A stretch of 64,000 nucleotides of DNA. Source: Phoronis australis. Lineage: Eukaryota > Animalia > Phoronida. The notes under the pieces were generated by a model. The model was given only the letters and a program-made list of their open reading frames with translations, was not told the origin of the DNA and ran no database searches. Below are positions 36,401-51,400 of this stretch, piece after piece. How positions within the stretch are numbered: position 1 is the first letter of the stretch; each line of letters starts with the position of its first letter. Where the stretch lies: assembly GCA_002633005.1 (NCBI GenBank), contig NMRA01000007.1, forward strand, positions 1,514,001 to 1,578,000, read 5' to 3'. The position numbers were made by a program, and so were the translations under genes.

Positions 36401-39400
36401 ATGCTGTGCATTGTCAGTGAATTTTGTGTAGATCTGGCTTATGTTTCAGAGATGAAAGTCATGTAAATTTTACTTTAACGCGCATGTCTTTCATCACGGC
36501 TTCTTCACTGAGCTGAGTGCGAACATACACATATAAACGTTACCACGATTTCACCTCGAGAAACTGCTGCGATATTTTACAGTATCTGAGCTCATCTAAA
36601 CAAATACTCCATCTGTGGCCAATTTGAACCTCAAGCGCTCAGGTTTCCGAAACATAACATCGAAGATAATCTTTTTTAGATCTTGAGAAATGTTTTTCCG
36701 ATTAGCATCTTAGACAGGTGCAACTCGAAATCTCACCTCCACAGCTGTTTTTTTTTCTAATTGACGGAGTAGTAATATTTTCATCAAAGCGAACATTTGG
36801 ATTCCATACAGCTTGAGGAAGATCCGTGACTTGAGCGGCAGACTTACTTACCAGAGCTGAACTGTGGTTGACTCATTGTTTATTCAAAGGTGGAACATTT
36901 ATCGTGAAAATGGAAGAAGCACAGAGCTCAGTCTTAGTGCAGAAGGACCAAGCTTGTCACTTTCTTGTGGGGTGTTGCGTTAGCTTGAAGTGTGGCGACC
37001 GGGGGTAGATTGAAAATTGTGGATTGTGGCGTTGGGTGGTACAGTAGCTCGAAAATTATGACGATCAATTCGGGAGAAACTAAAAAATGGTTGCGGCGGC
37101 CGATTTGTGAAAAATTGAGATGAGGGCGCCCAGGGGTTGTTATAGTTTAGGGGCCCTTAGAAACCTAATCCGCTACAGTCTTCTATCTATGTCAGTTTTA
37201 CATGCGCGGCGTCCCGTAGGGGGCTGGGGAGGGGTCTATTGCCCCCGTCCTACTTATTTCAGTGCTGCGCTCCCATGTTTTATTTTTTTTCTATTCACTT
37301 TAAACGCTTTTAGAGCACTATAGTCAAGAGTGTTTTTGTGAGGCCGAAAGTTCACTAAAGGCGTGTTCCGTAGGAGCAAGGCACGTGCGAGTAAAGCTAA
37401 TGTGATCACGTACTACGCTTGTAATGCATGAAGATATCTCTTGAGGACCTATGTGACATGGTTTTTCGTGTTAGAAATTTGTTATGCGAAACAGTCCTGC
37501 TCTTGTTTCGACTGTTCCACCTGTCAACGTTAATTTTATTCTAGCTGGTTATTTGTAATTTTCTGCTGTGTTTAATAATACGAGGTTTGAAAACTGAGTA
37601 GTATTAAAGAACGCTAGTGTCTCGCTCGAAAATCAAGAACACACGAGTAAAAAGCAAGTATTTCGGTAGTAGGCCTACACTCGGGAGCATACTAGCCTGT
37701 ACTAGCCAAAATGGCAGTCACTGAAGTGATTGGTCGATGTTGAATTATGGGATTGAAATATAGAATTTTGGCATTGCGTTCACTTGTCTGCGTTCCACAT
37801 GCGAGTGTAACCTAGTGTATTGCCGTCTGCTGAACTCTCCTGATGTAGTAATGCTTTCCATTTCACATTTGCACATGTTTGAATTAAAACACATTATTTC
37901 CGCTTCCACCTCTACCATGTGAATGTATTAACGTTTTTACCATGGCATCATGGATAACCGTGTTGTTTTAGTATTTGTGTTTAAAAAACACGTTAGCATT
38001 GTGTTTGAATTTACGGAAAATGTCAGAGCTAACATCTGGAAGCTTTTTACTTGAACTAAATCAACATAACAGACGCCGGTAACCATTCATTGTTTTTTTT
38101 TGTGTTGAGTAGAGGTTTATCGATTTCCCATAGATTTTATTAAAACTTGATTCACCATGCAGTACGTGTCTAAACAAGAAAATGAACACGTTTCTTCAGA
38201 AAGCATAATTAATAACCCCAAGCTATAAGCTTCCATAGAATGATATACTTTGCTTTTACTCAGTGAGTTACTACACTTCCTCTCTTATTTCAAAATCAAT
38301 TTTATATTTTTTAGAGTAACAAATTACTTCGGAAACTTGCGCGTGCATTGTTAACATGTTCAACGCCTTTAGCCAACGAAAAAAACAAACACGAGGAAAA
38401 CACGAGACCTGTTTGAATCTTAATTTCGTTCTTGGTAAAAGCGATGTTTCTGTAGATTCTGTTTTTGTTAGTTAAATATATTCAAGTTTATCTCATGTTG
38501 TCGACCTATTGACCTTGAACAAGATTCTGGCATAATTTTGTCATTTTATTTGGTAAAATCTCTTTTTTGGTGTTGCAGCAGATGGTTGTTTTCTGAAATA
38601 CTGAAAATTCATATTTTGTTTTCATTCCACAGATTTGCGAACTAAGAGTAGAACCTGTGATTACAAATCACTTAATATGTTTCCAGTACTTTTTAGAAAA
38701 ATGCCATTTTCTTCGAGTGGTTCTTTTGGACTTTTCACGCTTGTTCCTTTGATCTACAGGTCCTAAAAATTGACATTCAGGTGCAGTGTTTCGTATGTTT
38801 GATAATAAAGTTACCTGAGTTTATTACTCTTCCTATTATTCATCTCTACCTTGATATCTCAAAGGAGGTGTCGGGTAACGCAACGCATAACGCCAGCGAC
38901 TGCAAGCGCTTTTTAAAGCCTGAGCATCGAATTATACAACTTGTCTTTTATCACCGACTTCACATTTAGCTTTTTCAATATAATGGCCATTTCCTTCAGC
39001 AATATTTGTCATTACTTAGTGTGCCTGGAAAGTCTTTACCACGTGCTTGTTATTTTCCTTTCACGGCTAATGTTTTCTCTTTTGGTGTGTGCTGAATGCT
39101 TCAAATGTTTTGTGGAATTTTACATTTCCTTTTGTCAGCAGCGACGATGCGGGAGCGAAGCTTAATTTCTGATTTAGTCCCAGACGTCGAGAACGGTCAA
39201 TGGTAACAATGTTACTGTTTAGTTTTGGTTTAGGAAATACAGATTGCGCCGAATGTTGGCACGAACGAGCTCAACGGACAAAAATGCAGTGAAACATCGA
39301 GTGTGCTACTGTAGCGTTTTTACGTACATGTTGAGAGATATTGGCCCCTCCAGAATAGTTTCCATCAAAATTGTGACGTCAATTGCACAATCGAAAAGAC

Positions 39401-42400
39401 CACTGTGCGTTTGTTCAACCTCAGTCGCGATAAAACTTCATTAAACCAAGAGTCATTGATATCCTACTTGGATAATCCTGAGCAGGTGAAATTCACACAA
39501 ATTTCGCTACATACCATCGAGCGATTCGTTTTAAGTGTGTATCAATATAAAAGCACATTGAATATTAACTGTAATGTATATCCCCGTGTTGACTTGTTAA
39601 ACACACCCTGTTTGCTTAATAAACACCACAGCTCGATGATAGTTAGCAGTTTCACTGCCCAAAGCCAAAATGGGTACTGGTACTGAAACGAACGGTCTGT
39701 AGAAAAAAGCAAATCATTTAATCTTAATGAAAACTGCTGACATCACGGTTGCATTGTGTCGCACATCATACCCTCGTGTTTTGTAATGCATATTTTCATT
39801 GGCGCTAAATGTCGAAACAAAATCGTGACCATCCCATGAAGAAGTAAACAAACTTCGTTTGCGAGTGTGTGTGTAAATCTTCCTTTTTCATCCCCCTGAC
39901 TAAATTTTTATCGCCTGGTACTGTCGCCGTGAAATTGTAGATCGATCAAACTGTTGCCGGTTGTCGTCTGCAACCTGTTTATTTTTAACATATTTCTGTG
40001 GCGAATTTTCTGACCGTGCAGGAGACATTAACCCTGTTTCAGACGAACAGCACGTCACCCTCCGGTCATTATGGCTTTCCTGTTCTCAAATTCAACAGTT
40101 GGTTTGTTATTTCAGTCTAAAACAACGGGAGTCTTGTTCATTCTTGCAACAGGAACTCACATGTGTGTTTCCTGAATGTGACCTCGGGCCCAGCTCTTAT
40201 GAACCTGGTCATGTTGAATTACATTTTTCTGTTTAAGTTTTACCCCCAAGTCGGATTCATTTCCACGGCAGTTTTATTCAGTCATATAATATACATTTAC
40301 AAGTTTTCCAACGAAGAGAGAAAGTGGAGCAAAATAGTCAGCTTGTTACATAACTGTACAAGGTCTATAACAGCCCTGCAAGTGGAAACCATCACGAGGT
40401 CCTACAAATCTCAGGCAATTCTCTGTGAGCAGTTACAGATTATCACCATGACTTCCAAAAATGGCACAAAAATTCACCTTGCTTAGTAATTCTCAAAGCT
40501 ATTGGACCTGTACATGGGCGTGGGTGAAAGACAATAATCAACTAAGTGTTTGAGAATGGACAAACGTAGGTGGCGGTGTAAATTCTTCCATTTTTGCTGT
40601 GCAAAAGCGACCGAGCATGGTGTGTGCACCACACGGATGCGCCCCTGTTGTCATGACCTGGTTTGTGATTTAAATAAATGGTTGCAAAAATATTTATGAA
40701 AAAGAAACGACTTTGTTTATTTACGACATTCGGCCGTCCATGCATTTATAACGTGTTCGTTCTGATTTTGTTCACCCTTGCCACCAGATCAAACACTGCT
40801 TGAACTGGTTTTATTGGCGTTAAAATTATGCATTCAACAATGACAGGTTTAACATACGAGTCTTCTTTTCCATGTTGTCTTTGTTGGATTCCACCATAAC
40901 TTACAGTTTTAAATCTGTTTTAACATGCATTTCATTTGGTTTTGATTATGTTCCTACTTGTGGATGTCTTATGCGGGGAATCTCCTAGCAACAGGTAACG
41001 ACTCGTATCTAACGTCTTCATCATTTCTGCGCGAATAACATTAACTATTATCAACGAATGCATGGATACCAGGTTGGAAAAAATTACTATACACGATTCG
41101 TGGTTCAGTCACGCGAGCGGTAGACAATAGCTATGTCACAGTTCTAGTAATTTGACGAATAAACAATTAAGACATAAACAGTTTTATTCAGATATATTTT
41201 CCAATCGTTTTCTTGAAGTGTATCTGCTAAAATAATACTGTGGTTTAGTTGAGTGTTACTGTCATGTTAGGAAATAGTGACATGATCATTCAGCCATTTT
41301 CATCGCGCACCTGGATTTTTTATGTTCTCGTCAGGACAAGGCCTTGATACAATCCTTATCTGATGAGCGACGTATAGAAGAATGTAAAGAACTACAATAG
41401 GTTTATCCCAAACAATTGCCTTTTCCACGAGAAATGTGGTGTAAAGACTGAGATCGGATTACAAGTGTTAGGGTTGTTTTATCAGTTTCTTGTATAAATA
41501 GATAGTATGGAGAAGAACAAAATGTTAAATGTATCATATTCCTGGTGAGTTGTCAATATCGAACATCACATTGTTCTGACTGTTATCGTATTATCCATCG
41601 TGATGTGGGAGAGTTCGAGAAATGTCTTACGGTTCACGAACATTGTTTAGAAGTAGTTACCTGACCCCCTCACCGAAGCTTAATTTGTCTTGTATCGGGA
41701 CTCTAGTTTTGATTAGAAATACTACCTTTCCGTCATTTTTGATAATATACCCGGTGATTCATAGCTCTAGGCTATAGTGAATGAATCAGCCTCGGGCGTA
41801 TTACAGCTTTCTGGCAGCGGTCTGGCTTTGGTAATGAAAAAGTTGGTAGTTGTTTTCCTAGCTGGATGTCACAAGATTTTATCGAAGCGGCTTTTAATCC
41901 CGCCTTCCAACACAAAAACAACTTTTGCTTTAGACCACTTACCGTTATGAAATCGGTTTCAAATTGTTCCTATGTCAAATTAGAGGTGATTTGTGGGCTT
42001 CGAGAAAACTGAGTTATTGTTTGAGACCAGGTTCTACAAGTTAGGTTGTCACGGCGGGTCATTTTATGCGAACCCGGAAGTCATATCTCATCTGAGAAAG
42101 GATCAAGTTGGGACCTGCTTTAGAGCGGTAAAGGGTCGTTATCAAAAGTTCGATCGATTTTTGGACGAAACACGGGTTTATAACATCTTTTAAAAAGTTC
42201 CACACTTTGTAAATTGGTTATTACTAGGGAGATAAATCCATGAACGGTAAAATTATTCGAAATTTCACTTGTTTAACAGAATTTCTTATTGTGCGTTTTT
42301 ATTACATTCATTCGTCTTGGAATTGAAAACGCGTTCAGATCGAGAATTAAAATGGCTTTTGAGACCTGGGCCCGGTCTCCAATCTTTTTACTCGAAATGG

Positions 42401-45400
42401 AACTTGAAATTAGGTTTGGCATTTTAAACTCTACTTTTGGGCGAACTCAAGATAAGTGTCTATTATTCTATGCTCGAGTACACAATAACTTACGTAGATA
42501 ATTTATTGCCCTTAGTTCACAGTTTGTAAACCCAATATTAAAGCAATAAGTTCGAGTTTGAACTCGAAATTTCGAGTTTTTACTCGAGTTTGTAGCACAA
42601 ATATAAGGGTCTTCAAGGGCAAACTTGAACTAGAAACTCCTATGCATAAACTATAATGTATTCGAGCACAGTCTGATAACCAATTATCTTAAGTTCGCAC
42701 AAAAGGAGCAGAGAAATTGCCAAAAATAGTTTCGAGTTCGTTTCGAGTACAAAGATTAGAGACCGGGACCTGGTTGGTTTAAGCATTTTCATGACCATAT
42801 TTCTTTGCTCAGGTATTTTCTTAGTTTCAAATTTTATACCCGAGTTGTTCAGGGTAGAGTTCCGTAGAAGGAAAAATATCGCTAAAAAGCGGTCTCGTGC
42901 GTCCCTGGTAATACATGGCGATAACTCGCGAAGTCTTTCGTGTTCGCAAGATTCTCTCCTCTCCGCACGACCCCACTGAGACAAGTGTGACCTCGTGCTT
43001 TTCTTGTGAGACGATGTCTTGCGAAGATTTCCATGATCTCCATTGTCTCACAAAATCTGGCTCTTAGAACGGAACGCAGACCTGATTGACTAATCACGTC
43101 GGATCCTTACCAAACTAACGCCCCGTGCTTATGAGGTGCTTGGAACTGCTTTCAATCTATCCAGCTGTTATAGAAGGGACCTTTCTTAATTAGCACGACC
43201 TAATCACCACCCATCGTTTCCATGGGAACCGATGGGTGGATAATCTGTGTTGAGTTGCTCCAGTGGTCGCACCCAACCACCTGAATCACACCAGTCGAGC
43301 CATCACGTTTAACTTTCACCATAAGCGTGTTTGAAGAATATTACAATAGTCTGAAATGACAAGAGCCCAAGGCTAGTTCTTAAGCGTAATATATTAACAG
43401 AAGCCGTAATTGATAAAGGAACATTTACTCAACATTTCTATGGCAAGTGACAACTGAAAGGTCTTAAATAAAACTTTAATAATCCCTCAGAAAAGTCCCG
43501 AATAAAACTTTAATGACCCCCCTTTAGTCGTCTTGGGGATACTTGCAAATTCCGCTTCATTCACAACGTGTCTCAGCATGAATTGGAACTCGTGAGGCAG
43601 GGACGGTACATCACACTGTCGGTCACTGTGGTGCCTGCGGGTCCGCGGGGTATTACGTCAGGGTTAATGGCTCGTGCACAAGGAACGGCAGTCCGGACAT
43701 GATATCACTGTTGTGTCGGGTAGGTCCTTAAGAACAATTTCACCCCTAGGCCAAATGCCATTCACGTTTAATTGTCATTTAGTAACATCTGACGTTAGTT
43801 TGAATTGAGTATCATGGACCCGTGATGTAGTCACTGAATGTTAAGTCAAACAATCATGTGAATTAAGCATTTCTTTATGGCCACACCCGTGTGCCCAGTG
43901 GCGGACCTAGGATTTTTAAAGGGGTGGGGGGGGGGTCGAATCAAGTGTTTTAAAAAGGGGGTCGAAAGTAACAATTTTGAAAATTCTAGATTAGATATCA
44001 CTAAAATCAAGGAAAAAGGGGGGTCCGGACCCGCTTGACCCCCAGGATTCGCCTACAGTGACTAGGTCGACCGAAAAATGAGTTCATTCCGACATATGTT
44101 GAACATACGATGGTCGGCGTCGTGGTAAACTGATTGTGATTACATGTATACATACATATATATTTGACCTTTTGTATGTAATGTTATTTTTGTTACGTTT
44201 CTTAATATTGAACAAGCCAGAAAAACACATGACTTGGTGATAACTTGATCAACATTCTAACATGACATCGAATTTTAAAAATGGATGTTTTCATATCCTT
44301 ATTGTATTATTTTAATGCAGTACGTCATTTCAGTCTCGTCAATTAAATTAAGGATCGCTGTATAATTTATGAACTCAGTTTTGCTTTGAGGCGAAGACAA
44401 CTGTAAAGAATTTGCGTCTTCTTCTATTTCAAGCTGGCTGTAGAAGAAGTCAGCTATATATTTTTAATGGTCGCTGCCAAAGAATTGCTACAAGCCTTAT
44501 TTAGGACGGAAGTTATTCAGCAGCAAAATTCTGCGCGCACAGTACAAGTAGTTTATGCCGTTTTGTCGGTATGGAAGATTCTCGAGTATCATTCGGAATG
44601 TGCGTGTTGAAGGAACATTGCCTCTGGTTCACAACCGGAAATATGAATTATAAACGAGATTACTCAACACATGTCTTGTGCTTTTTCATACTGTGATTGA
44701 AAACGATGCATGTCCCCACATAGATATTTAGGACAGTTGCAAGTAAAAGGGAAGTCAAAAGCCCTGTTTTTCTTCTGGGTTAGCCAATCCGTTCGAGATC
44801 AGTTTCTTAAAGCTAACCTGCTTACTTTATGAATGTTATGCCAAAAGCTCACTCGAACTAGATATGGTCAAACATCTTCATTCCTGTGATTGCGTGTTTG
44901 TGTTTTCGTGAACCACTTAATGTTAATATACTAAAATGTCGATTTGAGCTTGTCGATCACAATGGTTACACGTTGGACAGGTGTATACTCAACCAGACAG
45001 GTTGAAATTTACCTGAAAATAAGTATGGACTTGAGGATGTTTTGATGTGCTTCAAATAGAATCGTTTACATCGCCAAGATTGGCCAATTGTTTAGGGGAA
45101 AGACGACTGTTTGGTTGTACCCGATCAGAGCTTCTGCAGCTGAGGTTAAAAAAACACTTTTTGACTGTGTCGAATGATTAGAAACAGAAGAGCATTGTTT
45201 TGACTAGGAGCATCGAATTAATGGCACAAACACCGCCATTTAAATCCCTGGCAGGTCCCGTGTGACAGGTTTCTGTAAACGCTAATGATGGATGCGCCCT
45301 CAAAGTTCTTATAATGAGCGCCCATCGTATTTCACGTCGGATGTTTTTGGCACGTCTGTTCTTTTATTGTGATTGTCCGTACACTCTTTCCGTTTTGTGT

Positions 45401-48400
45401 TATTTTGTACACATTACGTTGAAGCGGCGTTGAACCCGTGCCAAAGATACTATAAAATCTACCAGTGCTTTCTATCAAAAATAAGATTCGATTTAAACTA
45501 TTGAGCGTTACAAAAATTAGTCTTAGTCTTTACTCGGTTTAGTTGTTAGTTCTGGAAGAACTGACAGTTCGTTACTTCATCAGATTAAAATTTCATGCCA
45601 CGGCTTTAGACCTTTCCACGTCGAGAAAACATAGGTATTTTGTTGTTTTTTTCTTCTGATGATGGTGTTTTAATAAAGGTCGAAACATGTCAAGCCGTGC
45701 TATCATGGACTAATGAACAATAATTGAGATGATAACGGCGTGTTGACTGAATCAAAACTTGTTTATTTTTGACCAAACACGAATTTAATGTCGTTTTGAT
45801 AATCGCTATACTATAGTTATCAATATTTTCACTTATTTGTTTTCTAAAATCTGTGCTATTAGGCCTACTCTCTTTGTGTTAGACACAATTTGATACGCTA
45901 GGTGTCTCCTTCGAGTTCTGTTATAAAATTTGAACTTACGTTAGTACATTGAGCTCATTTTCTGTACGATGTTTATACGCAACCACGCTACTTGATACGC
46001 TTAAGCAGCGATTCCAGCAGCTTTCGGTTCATTCTATGTACAATGTATGTACCTACGGAACTTGATAAACTTAGGTGAACATCGAGTTTTGTTACAAAGC
46101 GTTGCTCTGTAGCTAGCCAGCAATGATTTTCCAAACATTTTTGGTAGTATAGTTTTTGTTCGTAGCACCCCTGAAGCATTTTAGTTGGCTTGTAATCATG
46201 TTAACATTGAGCATTTTGTATGCAAATTGGGGTCGCCAATATGTAAAATTTTGTTTTTGCTTGTTATTTCCTTACCAAGCACTGAATTATTTTGATGTTT
46301 TCACCCATGCTTCTATGGTCAGTGAATTTATGAGCAACTTTGGAGGTGGATGCATCGAGGATTTGCATAGATTATGCAAATTAAGACGACCATGATTTGA
46401 ATTTCGTACTTGTGCTTATTGCTGCTGGTATCAGGTACCATATATGCACTCATGTTTCCTTGTTCCTTAATGAAGTAAATTTACAGTTTGTTGCATGATG
46501 AATTTGCGTAATTTATGCAATCAGTGGCCACCATTATCTAAATTTACGTCGTTTAAAATTCTGTTTCTGCTCATTATATTCCTTTCGGGGATTGAAGTGA
46601 TCTACCAGCTCTGTAAAGTCAGTTTATTGAGTTTGGTCTTGGTTAATAACGAACTGCCATTTCAACCCAAGCATAAAAGTCAAGAGAGACAAATTGTTGC
46701 AACAGATTACGCGGCAATTAACGCGCCGTCCACCACAAAAAACAAATTTCTGATTTAGATCACTTAGGCCTGACGTTATGAAATCGGTGTCAAGTTGTTT
46801 CATAATCATTTTGGTGATGATTTCAGCGCTTCGGAAGAACTGATAGTTGGTCATTGCTGGAGTCCAGGCTCTAGAACGTGACTTGTCGCGGCGGGTCATT
46901 TCGTCCACCGAGCGAATAACGAACTGCCAGAGGGTAGAGTTCAATAATGCTGGGACCTACGCTAGGACCTCGCTAAAATCTAGACAAAATCACGTGTTTT
47001 CATTTGATATACGTGGATATATTTCACGTAATCTCGCGAAGTCTTGGTTTTAGCGAGGTCCTAGCATTACTGAACTCCACCCAGTTCTTTGGAAACCGAC
47101 GAATCGGTTTTCACCCGAGTAAGAAACAAATTGAAAACTGTGTAAATGGTGTAGGTCATTTTTGTGTTGTTTTGTAACATTAAAGCGGCATTGAACACGT
47201 GCTTTCTGACGTGCGACGCTTCGGTGTCGAGGGGAACGTTTAAATTGATCTTGGATCGAAGTTAAAAGCTTGCGTACATTTGTAATGTAACTATAATTGC
47301 GAACTGTATTTTGAGCGGACTGACAAAACGTTATCGATTTTTGACAACATGGTTGTTCTGTTTTGCCTGTAAACTACTGAGAAGTGTGCGCTGAGTAGAA
47401 ACTCTTTCGCTTTAATAATACTTTGAACGTGTTGTGCGCGAAAACGGCAACTGACTAATCTGCCATCTGGAAATTGGAAAATATTTGGTTCACATGTAGC
47501 CTAGGGCAACAACTTACATAAGAACTCTCGAATTGAACGGGATTTTGAGCACGGTAACTTATGCGTCGGGGAATCATTACAAGTGTATGTATTGGGGGGT
47601 TATCGTGTTTTGATATTTATTAATTAATTAGCTGTTCTTAAAACGAAACAGTTGCTCGTTTCTATGGTAACTGTGTGTGCTAAGTAGTTGTTACGTAATG
47701 TTACATTATCTCTCAGATGCGAAACAGAGAGGCTGAGTGATCAAATCTTATTCATGATAGTAACTTTTGACCAGAGACTGAACTGGGGTGCTTTCTGCAG
47801 ACCTAAAACACTAGAGTGAAGTCAGTAGGATGACATGCTTCGCTTGCTCTGAAGGCTATGGCACTGAATATGTGGCGAAGACGTGCATGGTGTCGCCTTT
47901 TTCTTGCTCCCGGTTCTCGATGCTAGTGTGCATAATATAACGGAACTTCTTTTTGTGAATAACTTGTCACGTGCCGAAGCATGCCAGTTACAGGTCTCGC
48001 AGGGACTCTTTCCGTAGAGCATGTTTCACTCGCGAGATATCACTACGCATTACAAGTGGATTACGTGGTCACACTTGCTTTGCTAGCGATTTTCTCGTGT
48101 CTAGGGAACTCGCCCCAGATTTCATTCTGCATTTGTATTAGTAAACTACTACCCACATGTATTTTATGCTCCCACATGTTTATTGTAAACCACATCGCAT
48201 ATTTTTAGTATGAACACACTAGCTGTGGTCTTATCACCCATGTTCCATCTGCTTTGTTCGCAACAAAGCTACTCAACTCTCGGTGACATATATAGTTGTA
48301 TTTGGCGAAGTATTTCAATTTGCCACACAACAGCTAGAATCACGTTTAGTTTGTCGCTGTTCCTCAGTGCTCAAGAGTTTTTGGCGTCGTCTCAAGCGGT

Positions 48401-51400
48401 GCACTTACACATGTTTTGAATTTGTAAATCTTTAGGTGAATGTCCCGTTTAAAAACAAAACTCCAGAGAGGATCATCTGGATACACATATGGCTGCATGT
48501 GTCAATCATATGTAAAACACCAAGAAATTTAGATCGTTTGTTTTTCCTGAAGTAAATCGTGAACAGATGTAAACCTTATATAAGAGATTTTTGTTTTGTG
48601 ATTTAGTTAGTCTCCTGAAATGGGTGAAGATCTTTTTAACTAAAGTTTTTCCTTATTTTCAAAATTCTAAATAACCTAACAGAGCTACAGCCTATAATCT
48701 TTGTTGGTTGTTACAATGCTACTTTTTGTATTGAAAATTTGCAGTGTAAGGCAGTCGGGTATGATTCTTCATGGCTATAAACCAAATAAATCTAATATTA
48801 GTCCTCGTCTGTAGATTACAATTTCTTTATCAACGCTTTCATTTCAGCGAGTCTCTGGTTTTCCGTGCTGGCAACGTGTGACCAGAATGATCACGAGATC
48901 ATCCTACAGAGGGCGTCGTCTCTCTACGACAGTATTCTAGTGGGAGACCTAGAGAGTTATGGATTTAATGGTGCTCTTTTAAACAGTCGCAGAAATGCTG
49001 AGGAAATTTGCAAGTGAGTTCGAATCACACGCTAGAATTCAAATTTGTTAGAAGACGCTAAGTACGAGTAACTGTTACGGCTTTGGTGTTAACCAATTCT
49101 CAATTTGCCTGAACTGCAAACACTACAGGGTACACATATTGTGTGTTAGTTTCGTGTTGTACCTTAAAAATAGTCCTCAACCACTCATAAATGAAACGTG
49201 AAATGAAAAGCTGCTTCGTCAGCTTTCAAGCATCTACATAAGTTTATTGAATTCAGATTAAACCTACAATATCTACATATTAAGCACCATATATAACATA
49301 CCAATTAAAAATCCATTGTAATGTGTGAATCAATGTTTTCACAACGATTTTACATTGTGTCTGTGTGTTTATCCCTGTAGGACTACTCAAGAAGCGAAAG
49401 CTTATCTTTAATATCAACAAGATTGTGTATAATTTCACTGTTCCCTTGTTTGACTCCCGCGACTACCGTAAATAAACCCGGCATTAATCCGCGTTTGGTA
49501 ATATTTATGATAAACAAAACTATTGCTTTCAAAGTTCTCCGCTTGTTTACCTGGGCGCAGTACAAAAGACTACACGTTCATTATATTGTAATAGAAATTG
49601 GGCAAGACACATGTTGCAAGTTGGCTAACGCTTAAAGCGACATCTTTTGAATGTTCTGATGACTAATTCTATGAAAGCGTGGCCTTGGTACGGTAACGAT
49701 TAGTAGAATGGAAATCAAAATTGAAACGCTAATTTAAATAATTGTTTGTTTTATTGTGTCTTGATTATTTCACAATTCAACGTGTTTCTTCTATTTCAGT
49801 GATTATAAAAACTTTAAAGAGTCAATAGTCAACATGTTACCTCGATGCAATGATGACAGAGTGGTCAAGTCACTGCGTAGTTCACTTCAGTTTATCTGTT
49901 TTGAAGGGAAAACAGGTAAGTGCTGAATATAAGTAACATGTCTCCTGATCTACTTTTTTCTAATCAGTTCATAAAAGTTGAAGTTCATTGTCATGGCCGG
50001 CATTTTGTTGGACACCTTCAGAAATTCAAAGTAAAAATTCTATCTTTTTGTTCATTTTGAAAAACTGATATCCCGCTAAAAGGGTTTTATTTGAAAAATT
50101 GTTAGTCATTATTTTTCCGTTATTGAGTATTTTTTAACGATTTCTATGTTTCTGGTGTCGAGGTAATCACCCCATACTATAGATCTGCAGATAATCTATC
50201 TGTATGGTATTGCAGTTTGGCAAGCTCTTTAAAAGTTTGTTACAACGCCAGAACATTTTCCTATACATGCTTCCATTGTGTTTGTTTCTTGTTGCTTATA
50301 ACCTGTTGACTCTTCTGGCAACTGTGGCATGTTGTTCTTCATTTTCAGATTTCTTTGGTAATTATGAGTGCATTAAGGGCAGTTTTGCGAACACTCAGAT
50401 GTTGGCATGTAGCGGGTTACCAACAAAATACAGCGCAAAAATCAGCAGTCAGTACAGCGCCCTCACCGACCAATTAAAAGCCAAGTGCAAGTAAGCTGTT
50501 TTATAGTATACTTTGATAAAGTGCACGACCATAGTATGCTAGTAAAATTTAGTTAACTAAGGATGGGGGGAGGTGTGGTGGTGGAGTGATACAAATGATA
50601 TTGGCTCTCAAGGCACGGAGAGACTGATCAACTTTACTGCTTAGTTTCACTCCTAATTCTTTTCCAAAGCGTCTCTGTAGAAACAGTTGTGTGTGAACTA
50701 CTGAAATCCAAGCTTAATGACTTAGTAACTAAATGCCATAAGCATATCAGNATTTAATGAAAACGCCGGTAAAAAAAGAAAAAATCGGGCAGCAGAGCAT
50801 CCAATAGAGAAATACGGTATACGTAAATAAGAAAGAAGAGCATGAAATCGAGAGGGGGAGGGGGAATCGGTGGAAATCGGTGAAGAGTGGTGCCTGGAAG
50901 GGCGTGGGGATTCTCATACACCTTCGTTCAGGTAAAGCTATGTCATATGCCTGGGACAGTAAACTTTAGATACGTCTTTGCGAAATACCAAAACATGTGT
51001 ATCATGTATGCGGTATCTCCCGTATTTGCTGAAGTGTCCTCCACACTAGCATTTCACGGTTGAACAAGTCTTATTAAACTGTAACATTTTGCGAAACTAT
51101 TTATTTTTCATTATTTAAAGGGACACATATCTTAAAGTTGACCAGTGAAATATATTAGATCCAAGTTTTTATTAGCTCCTTTAGTTTGTTGGAAAAGAAA
51201 GAGTGAAACTGTAAAAATGAAGTTTTGTGTAAATGCAGGATGTCGTTGGTACTGGTGAACTCTTTAGAAACTTCTGTATGCGTCCACTGTAAGTCAACAA
51301 TAACATCCCCAACGACAAATCCATTCTATTCAAATATTTGTTTAGAGTATCAAGATACACGGCGGCTTGTTTGGCGTCAAACACCACCATATTGTGCGGT

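Noticed and set aside
31000-48800. Many 60-110-aa ORFs in the large intron as nested genes
   Set aside because: They have no recognisable domains or consistent splice chains, and several lie in MITEs.
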